Assembly: GCA_965198235.1 (NCBI GenBank) | Contig: OZ240248.1 | Span: 2,720,001 to 2,784,000 of the forward strand | Source of the DNA: Candidatus Poribacteria bacterium | GTDB lineage: Bacteria > Poribacteria > WGA-4E > WGA-3G | DNA length: 64,000 bases | Reading direction: 5' to 3' | Shown here: positions 29,732 to 38,616 of the stretch, piece after piece | Numbering within the stretch: position 1 is the first letter of the stretch | Layout: every line of letters starts with the position of its first letter | The notes under the pieces: model-generated | Seen by the model: the letters and a program-made list of their open reading frames with translations, nothing else | Database searches by the model: none | Told to the model about the DNA's origin: nothing | Position numbers and translations under genes: made by a program

Positions 29732-31414
29732 TCACTCGCCGAAGATGTCTTCGTGCAGATCCTCATAGACTTTCATGCCGGGTTGAATACGCGGGGCAAG
29801 TATATCCATCATGAAACTTTCCTTGGTGTTTCCTAAGTTGGCTGATTTTAAAATTTTTTGGGCAGCACCGTGAATAGGCTGAACAATAGATTTCAGATTA
29901 TCAGATGATTTTAATTTATTTTTTTGAAGGGCATCTTGTTTTGCAGCAAGTAAATCTTCAACTTTATCAGGCTCGTCGTGGTCTTCACACAACTTCGTTA
30001 GTACCTCGTCATCAAGCAGGTAACTTTCAATGGTTTTCCGTGATAAAGTGCGGATACCTTTTTTCGCGTTTCTTTTTATTTCGTCGTCCGTTGCTTTATC
30101 CCGATCTACGATCCCGATAACCTTCGCACTCTTCGCAATTTTCTCAAGTGCAAGATTCGCTGCTGTTACAGACTTGTCTACGTTGCTTCGCGCCCCCAGA
30201 GAAACAAAACGAACTTCAGGGTACTGTTCCTTAAAGATGTTCCTATAGCATTCTTCATCAAACTCTTCGCCCTCACAGAACGCCGTCCTTGCGGTTATCA
30301 CTAATTCAGCGAGGTCGCCGAGAGCAACTTCATAGGTACGTGCCCAGAAATCTGGATCTGGCGTAATAGGTCTGAGCGTTACTTGCTCATCAAAATCGTG
30401 ACTACTGAAATCAAGAAATACGACTGAATCAGGATCTTCGCGCCAGAGGTCTTGTGCCTTGCGGACCATGCCGATGGAATGCGTAGCAATCCAGAGTTGG
30501 GATTTAGGAGAAATAAGGTTGTAGAGTTCCTCAAGAAGTTGTCCCTGAAGTTTCGTATGGATATGGGCTTCTGGTTCGTCAATGCAAATTATCATCTCAT
30601 CGTCCTCAGTCTTCGTGACGATAACATCCAGAAGCAAGTCCAACGCAGCCTTCTCACCGCTTGCCAGATTCTGATATGTAAACCTCTCACTTGTCCCCTT
30701 ATCAAATTCAAAAAGGTCACCATCTGTGGGATGTCCAAGGCTTCTTAAAACTAATGGTGGATCGGTAAATAGTCTACGCATTGCGTCCCGGAGTTCACCA
30801 AGAATTTCGTTTTGAAGATCGGTTAAATTTTGGTCACTTTCTCCAATTTTTGAACTACGTTCTAGCCATTGAGAAGCCAAATACCGACAGTTTAATGCAA
30901 AAGTATCATCGTTCTCCATGAGCCGAACAAGTGGGTGTTCCTGCAATGGATCATGTCTGCTAACAACGGGACGCTGAGTCACTGAATAATTCCTATACGC
31001 AGAACGGACATGCACACTTTTTCCCCAGTCGTGGCCGCCCCTTAACTCTTTACCATGAAATTTTATAATTAAATATTCGTATAAATCGTATAACTGGTTA
31101 ATAGACATAGCATTAAAATAAGAGAACCTTCTGTCATTTGAAGTTTGATTTAAGGATCCATAGTGAGAATAACGATGTCTCTTTTTATCAGGTTTGAAAT
31201 AGTACTCCAGAAGTTGGTAATAGTCATCCGATATCCCCACTTGACGAATGACATCAGTGTCACAGTCCTGTAGTTTTAGGGCATCAAACACCGAAGACTT
31301 ACCACATCCATTCGGACCTATCATTACCACGAGTTTTGCCGTTTCAGGTAATCTTTCAACAGTCAAATCCGTAAAACGTTTGAAATCTTTTAGTTTAATG
31401 GATTTTATCTTCAT
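29732..31414 (-). CDS. ABC-type ATPase with C-terminal TOPRIM-like domain (OLD-family-like nuclease)
   Basis: GPNGCGKS, LASGEK, IDEPEAH and IATHS, then FCEG..D, VDRD and IESYL. Confidence 0.82.
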   Translation of the reverse strand: MKIKSIKLKDFKRFTDLTVERLPETAKLVVMIGPNGCGKSSVFDALKLQDCDTDVIRQVGISDDYYQLLEYYFKPDKKRHRYSHYGSLNQTSNDRRFSYFNAMSINQLYDLYEYLIIKFHGKELRGGHDWGKSVHVRSAYRNYSVTQRPVVSRHDPLQEHPLVRLMENDDTFALNCRYLASQWLERSSKIGESDQNLTDLQNEILGELRDAMRRLFTDPPLVLRSLGHPTDGDLFEFDKGTSERFTYQNLASGEKAALDLLLDVIVTKTEDDEMIICIDEPEAHIHTKLQGQLLEELYNLISPKSQLWIATHSIGMVRKAQDLWREDPDSVVFLDFSSHDFDEQVTLRPITPDPDFWARTYEVALGDLAELVITARTAFCEGEEFDEECYRNIFKEQYPEVRFVSLGARSNVDKSVTAANLALEKIAKSAKVIGIVDRDKATDDEIKRNAKKGIRTLSRKTIESYLLDDEVLTKLCEDHDEPDKVEDLLAAKQDALQKNKLKSSDNLKSIVQPIHGAAQKILKSANLGNTKESFMMDILAPRIQPGMKVYEDLHEDIFGE

Positions 31415-34400
31415 TCATCATCCTCCGCATCCTCAACACCATAAAGCAGGGACACTTCCTTATCTAATTTCTTTTTAAGGCGAGATACCTTTCTCTCAAG
31501 GCCTTTCCTCTTGACATTGAGAATCTTATCAACCAATTCAACGATTGGAGCTTGCTGTTCAGGCGATACATCCGGAATCGGCAGCCGCTTCCAGTCATCA
31601 GGGTATATATGGATATTGCTCCGCCGATTTGCCCTTAAAAAATCACAAGCAGCAGTTGAATTCATCACACCAAGCAAAAATTTTAGAGCAAATCGACGAC
31701 TTGTTTTTTCAAGTTCTTCTCGTTGAGGTAGATCCGGATGAAATTTCTCATCACGATAGCGGGCCTGCTTTTGAATGGATTGATTCTTGGTGCCAGATAA
31801 ATCGTGCCAAAGAATAAAACCAACGCTACTTGGTGTAAAAATTAGGTGCTGGTTGTCATAACAAGCTTTCGGATCCGATCCAGGGCTGCGTTGTACGAGA
31901 ATTTTCTCATCAATCTCATACATTTCCGGAAACGTCGGAGCATAGAATTTTGAAGGAGCACGTTCCGACCCCCACTCGATCCACAGATTGGTTAATGGAA
32001 GCCATGTTTCCAAATGTTTCCCTTCCACAAATGGTTTGCAATGAAGTTCATCTTGCTTCTCTGAGACGACATCCGCAGTAACAAATTTTTCCTTAGCCTC
32101 TTTTTTATTGCTAGGTCGCAAACCATAACTAATGTAACAAATCTTTGATAAAACAACAGTTGGACTGATAAATTCCCCCACTGCAGTATCTTCAGGGAAA
32201 AACGTCCGATGAGTAAGATTTTGCTGTTCGTCAGTTGGTAAAATTTGAACTTCTCCGAATCTTTCTACATGCACGCGGCGTTCCGGTTTGTTGTCACTAC
32301 CATCTGTTTTTTGGAAGAGAAAAATTACATTTCTCACCCCGACACTTCCAAAGAGCGGCACCTTACCGCAGAAATCAAGACGCAATATCTTGCTTTTTGC
32401 CAGAAACCATTCTTGAGATTTTGAAGAGTATTTTGTGTGACAGTAAGCGTCAGAGACGATGAGAGTTGTAAAACCATCCGACTTGAGCAATTTATAACTT
32501 CGTTCAATAAATGGAATAAATAGATCCCATTTTTCAAAAAGTGTCTCGTACTGCCTACTATCCTCAATTTGCTGGCGCATCTCTATAATTTTCTGCCGCA
32601 ATATAGGATCATCGTTTCCTGCTTCTGCTCGGACATAGGGTGGATTGCCGATGGTAATATCAAAACCTTCTTTGATACCGAACATCCACTCCGGATCAAA
32701 AAAATCCGCTTTATCATTTTGGTTATACGGATTCCAATTGGCAATTAGTTTCGCCTCCGCAACACCAGCATTGAGTCCTATCTCAAAGATTTTATATTTT
32801 TTCTCCAACTCTTCGCGCTTTAGTTTTTGGGCATTTTCATTAGGTAGCTGTTCAACCTGATATGAAATACTGCTTTGTTCCTCCTCACACAACTTTGCAT
32901 GCCCTTTTGCCAACGCTTTTTCTAATTGATTACGACAGTCTTCCTCATCGTCTATATATTGCAACTTGACTTCGCGGTTATTCTCGCTGAAATACTTGGC
33001 ACGGATTGTTTCAATTTCATCGCGTAGTTGTTGAATAGTGTCATTTAAAAGCAATGGTTGTAAGTCAGGCTCTCGTAACTTATTCGAACCGATGAGTGTG
33101 TTGGCAGCAACAAACTTCGTTTCAAGGTTGGGGAGTGGACGGATGCCGTAGTTCTCGTCGGGAATCTTATTCGACTCTTGCTCAATAACCAGTGAGATAA
33201 AGAACCGGAGTTTGGCAATAGTGACGGCGATCGGTTGAATATCCACGCCGTAAATACTGTTCTGGATGAGGTAAAGTTTTCTGCCATAGTTATTGTATTG
33301 ATTTGCTTCAGAGAAAACTTCATCAATTACATCCAATGCCCCTTTTCGGCTTTGAGTATCTGGGATTTTGTTTGCTTGCTCAATTTGTTGCCGCTTCCAA
33401 CATTTGTTCTTTGGATCCAGTTTTTTAAGGATTAAAACTAATTTATTGAGAATACCCATCGGGAACGCGCCTGAACCGACAGCGGGGTCGAGAATCTTGA
33501 ATTCGTCTATCGCTTGAATCATCGGTTCAATCTCAGAATCATAGATCAGATGGTCACTGGACTTATCTTTTTCTCCGAGTTGGTCATAGGCGAGTAGATC
33601 GTCACGGAGCCGTTCCTCTAAGAAATTGGTGTCTCCATCTCCAGGGGTAACCTTCTGAAGGAAGTAAGCAATGAGTGCCTCGTCTACCATATAGTCTACG
33701 ACGTGACTGCGAGTATAGAAGGATCCAGTTTCTTTGCGGGCAAGTTCTTCGGTTTCAGGATTATATACACCAAGTAAATTCTCAAACGCTTGTCCGAGGA
33801 GTTCAGGGTCGAGTGCGACCTCTTGTTCTACCGGTGTATTTTCTTCAACAGTGAACTTATAGTGCGAGAAAATTTTATAAAGCCCTTTTTCTTCTTGAAA
33901 AAAGAGTTTTGCTGGCACATGTAGTTTCTGTCTATGATTTTCATAATCTGTGAAGCAATCAACCCGTACACCGCCAGCGTGTTGTCCCTTGAATGAATCC
34001 AGGGAATCGAACAAGCCGCCGTTAACGAATGGCACCTGTTTAAGATGTTCCAAAAAGGTATCTCCGTCTTGGAGAAGGTCGACATATCGGTATTTATTTG
34101 AATTACGGTGATCTGGATTGCGAAGAGGACGAGAAGATTGTCCTGTTGTTGGTTGATCTGGAGTATTAGGTTCACGGAAAGCACGTTCGGGAATTGGTGT
34201 ATTGAGCGTGGCGAAGAAAAGGTTTTGCAAAATAGCTTGATAGTAATCGGATGTCTCTAAATCAAAGTTTTTTAGATAGGCTTGTACGCCTTTTCCATTA
34301 AAGATATCCGATGGTACAAGGTTCTTCTCTTTAAGGAACCAGATAAAGAGAAGGCGTGTTATCATACGGATAATTTGCATCTTATTCTCTTTATCAGGAA

Positions 34401-35148
34401 ATTTGCACTCCGTTATTGCCCAATCATACCATTTCTCGATATCGCTATAAAAATCTTTATTGAGTTTCTCTGTATCAAGCACTTTTTCCCATGCATCGTG
34501 CAGTGTGTCAAAGTTGGTAACGTCACGACGCGCAATCAGAAGTTGTAAATGAAGTTCCGAAAGTATGTCAATATGTGCGCGCTTGCGCTTCGATGAATCA
34601 AGGTTAATGTCTTTGATGAGCGTTACCTTCTCCAGTACCTGTTTTGTAGTGTCCCTTAGATTAAGTCGCCTGTTGATGATAGCAAGGGAGACAACATCAC
34701 TATACCGGAATACCATCATGAATGGTTGTGGTATTCGCATGCTCATAAAACGTGTTATGTTGACAAGTTGTGTGCGCGTGTAGGGACCACCAGCAAGCGG
34801 CATTGCGATGAACATATACGAACTTCTTAGTTCTGTGTCGATTGCTTTGCTTTCAAAATACGGGGATTCATCTGTTAGTTGCGCGTTTATTTCAGCGTCC
34901 GTCACTTGCAAGATTTGAGAAAAGGGTTCCCAATCCTTAATGCGTAGTTTTTCACGGGGGTTAGCGGTTTTCTTGGCGGCTTCTTTAATACGGTCATATC
35001 TGGGTTTGTCTATCTCATCGCTGCCGACAAGACCACTATGATAGCCGAGAGTATTGAGAAGTGCAGTGGAGGCTTCCCTGATGGGTTGGTTATCAAAGTT
35101 CTTTAGTGTGTGCTCAATGTTTTGTTTAATTGTTATTTCTGAATTCAT
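31411..35148 (-). CDS. Large N6-adenine DNA methyltransferase, Eco57I/type IIG-like, with TaqI-like target-recognition C-terminus
   Basis: PFVNGGLF, DPELLGQAFENLL, GSFYT, LDPAVGSGAF, IYGVDIQ, IGNPPY. Confidence 0.9.
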   Translation of the reverse strand: MNSEITIKQNIEHTLKNFDNQPIREASTALLNTLGYHSGLVGSDEIDKPRYDRIKEAAKKTANPREKLRIKDWEPFSQILQVTDAEINAQLTDESPYFESKAIDTELRSSYMFIAMPLAGGPYTRTQLVNITRFMSMRIPQPFMMVFRYSDVVSLAIINRRLNLRDTTKQVLEKVTLIKDINLDSSKRKRAHIDILSELHLQLLIARRDVTNFDTLHDAWEKVLDTEKLNKDFYSDIEKWYDWAITECKFPDKENKMQIIRMITRLLFIWFLKEKNLVPSDIFNGKGVQAYLKNFDLETSDYYQAILQNLFFATLNTPIPERAFREPNTPDQPTTGQSSRPLRNPDHRNSNKYRYVDLLQDGDTFLEHLKQVPFVNGGLFDSLDSFKGQHAGGVRVDCFTDYENHRQKLHVPAKLFFQEEKGLYKIFSHYKFTVEENTPVEQEVALDPELLGQAFENLLGVYNPETEELARKETGSFYTRSHVVDYMVDEALIAYFLQKVTPGDGDTNFLEERLRDDLLAYDQLGEKDKSSDHLIYDSEIEPMIQAIDEFKILDPAVGSGAFPMGILNKLVLILKKLDPKNKCWKRQQIEQANKIPDTQSRKGALDVIDEVFSEANQYNNYGRKLYLIQNSIYGVDIQPIAVTIAKLRFFISLVIEQESNKIPDENYGIRPLPNLETKFVAANTLIGSNKLREPDLQPLLLNDTIQQLRDEIETIRAKYFSENNREVKLQYIDDEEDCRNQLEKALAKGHAKLCEEEQSSISYQVEQLPNENAQKLKREELEKKYKIFEIGLNAGVAEAKLIANWNPYNQNDKADFFDPEWMFGIKEGFDITIGNPPYVRAEAGNDDPILRQKIIEMRQQIEDSRQYETLFEKWDLFIPFIERSYKLLKSDGFTTLIVSDAYCHTKYSSKSQEWFLAKSKILRLDFCGKVPLFGSVGVRNVIFLFQKTDGSDNKPERRVHVERFGEVQILPTDEQQNLTHRTFFPEDTAVGEFISPTVVLSKICYISYGLRPSNKKEAKEKFVTADVVSEKQDELHCKPFVEGKHLETWLPLTNLWIEWGSERAPSKFYAPTFPEMYEIDEKILVQRSPGSDPKACYDNQHLIFTPSSVGFILWHDLSGTKNQSIQKQARYRDEKFHPDLPQREELEKTSRRFALKFLLGVMNSTAACDFLRANRRSNIHIYPDDWKRLPIPDVSPEQQAPIVELVDKILNVKRKGLERKVSRLKKKLDKEVSLLYGVEDAEDDE

Positions 35149-35166
35149 ATGGTTTAACCTTTCACT

Positions 35167-38100
35167 TTAACGAGCAATCACGAGCCACGTAACCAGTTCA
35201 AACTCGGTTTTTTCTGTGATTTGGTTCTCAATAGATGGCAGAAGGGCATCAGCACTCGCGTCAAGATGATCGTTCACCTTCCGATTATACTCCTCGCGAA
35301 TTGAACCCAACGCGGCATCAATGAGCATCTCATAGATTGTCATATCGTTGCCATTGTCAGTTTCCTCGTTGAACCAGTGGCAGAGATTGCGGTCATAATC
35401 CGTTTTCCCAAGACAAAGCTGACTAAAGCGTTCTAAGATCCGCTTTGGATTGGTAAACCCGATAGAAACCTCACCGTCATCACTTATATGGAGAAGATAA
35501 TAGGGGTGAATCGGATTGAGTTTATCTCCTTCATTATCGTCTTCTGTCTCGCCGGTCTGCCTTAAACAGAAGATAACTCCCGGTTTGATATTTATGGAAA
35601 CTCCGTCGTGTGTAAGCGGGGCAGTGACAGCATATAAGCCAAGGGGGGCATTTCGTAGTAGTGCTTCTTTGTCTTGTAGATAGTTGAGAAGTTGCGCTCG
35701 GAAATCATCAAGTGTAAATTGGTTGAGATTGAGCTGCTCTTCAATATCTTCAAAGTCAAGAATTTCAGTTTGCATGCGGCGGAGTTGTTCGTCGCGGTGT
35801 GTCCATACCTGTTCCAAACTATCATCCCTATTTTCCAACGAGAGCAGGTCATCATCACCCGTAGCAGTGAGATCGACGAGTGCCATTCGCGCCTCAACGC
35901 GAGGTTTGAGATTGATGTATTCGTCAAGTTCAGGCGTGGGCCAGAAGTTAATGAGATGGATTTTCTCGTTCTTACTGCCGATCCGGTCAATCCGTCCGAA
36001 ACGTTGAATAATACGGACAGGGTTCCAGTGGATATCGTAATTGATAAGATAGTCGCAATCCTGTAGGTTTTGTCCCTCCGAGATACAATCAGTAGCAATG
36101 AGTAGGTCAATTTCGCGGATTTCCTCTTCGCTTTCACTATCTTCCCTCTCTTTGGAAATCGGTGAAAAATTGGTAAGAATTTCGTCAAAGTCATTCCTAA
36201 CGAGGTTGTTTCTGCTTGCACCGCCCGTAACGACAGCACTCTCAATATTAAGCGTCTCGGTTGCCCATGTGTGCAGATTATCGTAGAGATAGTTAGCAGT
36301 ATCGGCGAAGGCAGTAAAGACAAGGACTTTTCGATTTTCTTTTCCGTCTTTGTTCGTTGTTGGATTCTGCATCTTCTCCGAAATCAGCTTCTTAAGTTGT
36401 TCCAATTTTGCATCTCGATCGACTGTGATGTTCTTAGCGTTTTTATGAATTTTTTCCAATTGCGTTTTATCGTTCCGCAGATCCGTCAACCATGCATCAA
36501 GGTCGAGGTGTTCAAATGGATAGAACTGGTTTTTTCCTGCCTCTATGCCAGCCTGTAGTTCGTAATCTTCATCATCACCGTATTCTTCTTCTGCTTCAGC
36601 CAACGGATCGAAACCTGCTTCTTTTTCGGTTTCCCCATTTAAAAAGTCTACGATTTTAGATTCAAGTTCGGTAATTTCTTTAACGGTGCGTTCCAATGTA
36701 GTTGCGAAGGAGTGAACACTGCTCTCAAGCCGTTTGAGGAAGTTCACCTTCATCATACCGATAAGGTTGAACTCGCGTTGGCGGAGCAGTCTCTCAACAT
36801 AATGATGTAGGCACTCAGGACGAATATAATTTGACGGAATGAAGCGCGCAAGTTTGTAACCATCAATTTGAGTGCTAATCGTTTGGTAGGTGGGAAAGTC
36901 TCCTTGAAGGTCAATTTCAGGAAAGATAGACTGCGGATCGTCTCGGTCGGGGAACCCGCCAATTTGGTCAATTGTATCACGATAGAAGTTCTCAATATGT
37001 GTTCGGGAACGTGCGATCGTAAGCCTGTCCAATAGCGTGAAAAAGTCAGTGCTCAGGCTTTCCGCAAGACTATCCTGACGGTTGGATTGATTGGGAAGTC
37101 CCACTGTTTCAGCTATCCATTTTTCAAACCTGCCTTGTGCGGTATTGAGCGTTCCTCTGATACTTGGAATACCTGTCTGTTGAAAAGCATCGTCTTTGTC
37201 CTCTGTGATTAGACGGATCTGATTTTCAAGGTCGGTGAGGCGATTGTTCACCGGCGTGGCAGAGAGCATGAGGACTTGCGTTTTACAACCGCTCTGGATA
37301 ATGTCTTCCAGTAATCTGTTATAGCGGCTTTTGCGGATAAGGTTGCCATCTTCACCGTATTTGTTGGTAGGACGGTTTCGGAAGTTATGGGATTCATCAA
37401 TAACAACGAGGTCGAAAGCGTCCCAATCAAAATTTGATGGACTTCGCTCTGTTAGGTCTGTGTGTGCACGGACAATGTAGCCGAACCGATCGGCTTTGAA
37501 TGGATTATATTTATTGTTATCTCTTATGGAGTAAAGTGTCCAGTTTTGTTCTAACTTTTTTGGGCACAGTACTAAAACGCGGGCGTTCCGCAATTCAAAG
37601 TATTTGATAATAGCGAGTGCCTCGTATGTTTTACCTAATCCAACACTATCGGCAATAATACAACCGTTGTATGCCTTCAATTTCTGTATACATGCCTGAA
37701 CGCCGTGCCTCTGGAAAGCGAAGAGTTTCTGCCAGATTTCTGTTTCCTGAAATTTGGGATTTGCTTGGGTAAACTCCGCATCTGTTGTGTCTTTCAAGAA
37801 GTCTTCAAAGAGGTGATAGAGGGTTTTGTAGTAGATGAATTCGGGATCTTTGTCTTGATAGGCATTCGCCAGATTCTGCAAAACCTCGTCAGTTACATCT
37901 ACCACTTGATCTGATTCCCAAAGGTTATCAAACCACACTTTCAAATCAGCGCAATCGCTTTTGCTGTCAACTTCAAGGTTGAGCTCAATGTTGCTTGCTT
38001 TATCGCTTAACCCTAAGCCACGCACCGTGAAGTTTGAGCTGCCGATGATAGCATCTTCACTCCTATCCTTTTCAATATAATACATCTTGCCGTGCAAAAA

Positions 38101-38451
38101 ATTTGTTTTACGCACCGATTTGATTTTAACCTTCTTCTCAATCCAATCAGCGCATGCCTTGGCAATCTCATTCTGAGAAAGTTCATTACGCAGTCCTAAA
38201 CCATCTTCAGTGAGACGAAACGCTTTGCTCTCTGTTTTTGAGGGATCCATTCCTCCGACAACATTCGGTTCACCAAAAAGAAAACGGAGGTTATCAATGC
38301 CAGTAAGTGAATCTCTGAGCGCATTGAAGGCATTAATTGTAAAATAAGCGGAGACGAAGGAAAGGGATGCACCGTCTTGGATTTTATCCTTCAGGAAATT
38401 GGCAACGGTGCCGTACATATTGTTATCTCGGATGCGAGAATTTTTTGACAT
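35167..38451 (-). CDS. PLD-nuclease domain plus SNF2-family helicase
   Basis: LHGKMY...IGSSNFT, then ADSVGLGKT, DESHNFRN, LSATP, SEGQNLQ and QRFGRIDR. Confidence 0.9.
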   Translation of the reverse strand: MSKNSRIRDNNMYGTVANFLKDKIQDGASLSFVSAYFTINAFNALRDSLTGIDNLRFLFGEPNVVGGMDPSKTESKAFRLTEDGLGLRNELSQNEIAKACADWIEKKVKIKSVRKTNFLHGKMYYIEKDRSEDAIIGSSNFTVRGLGLSDKASNIELNLEVDSKSDCADLKVWFDNLWESDQVVDVTDEVLQNLANAYQDKDPEFIYYKTLYHLFEDFLKDTTDAEFTQANPKFQETEIWQKLFAFQRHGVQACIQKLKAYNGCIIADSVGLGKTYEALAIIKYFELRNARVLVLCPKKLEQNWTLYSIRDNNKYNPFKADRFGYIVRAHTDLTERSPSNFDWDAFDLVVIDESHNFRNRPTNKYGEDGNLIRKSRYNRLLEDIIQSGCKTQVLMLSATPVNNRLTDLENQIRLITEDKDDAFQQTGIPSIRGTLNTAQGRFEKWIAETVGLPNQSNRQDSLAESLSTDFFTLLDRLTIARSRTHIENFYRDTIDQIGGFPDRDDPQSIFPEIDLQGDFPTYQTISTQIDGYKLARFIPSNYIRPECLHHYVERLLRQREFNLIGMMKVNFLKRLESSVHSFATTLERTVKEITELESKIVDFLNGETEKEAGFDPLAEAEEEYGDDEDYELQAGIEAGKNQFYPFEHLDLDAWLTDLRNDKTQLEKIHKNAKNITVDRDAKLEQLKKLISEKMQNPTTNKDGKENRKVLVFTAFADTANYLYDNLHTWATETLNIESAVVTGGASRNNLVRNDFDEILTNFSPISKEREDSESEEEIREIDLLIATDCISEGQNLQDCDYLINYDIHWNPVRIIQRFGRIDRIGSKNEKIHLINFWPTPELDEYINLKPRVEARMALVDLTATGDDDLLSLENRDDSLEQVWTHRDEQLRRMQTEILDFEDIEEQLNLNQFTLDDFRAQLLNYLQDKEALLRNAPLGLYAVTAPLTHDGVSINIKPGVIFCLRQTGETEDDNEGDKLNPIHPYYLLHISDDGEVSIGFTNPKRILERFSQLCLGKTDYDRNLCHWFNEETDNGNDMTIYEMLIDAALGSIREEYNRKVNDHLDASADALLPSIENQITEKTEFELVTWLVIAR

Positions 38452-38616
38452 CGTGTTCTCTTTCTGGAAACCGTTATAAATACACCATCACTTGAGAGTC
38501 GTGATCAGAAGATCGCTCCTACAGGATATGATACCAATTCTATTCAAAATTCGCAAGCACGAAAATCCGAAATCTGCTATACTAATTGCAACTAAAATTT
38601 AAAAATAGGTGAAAAA

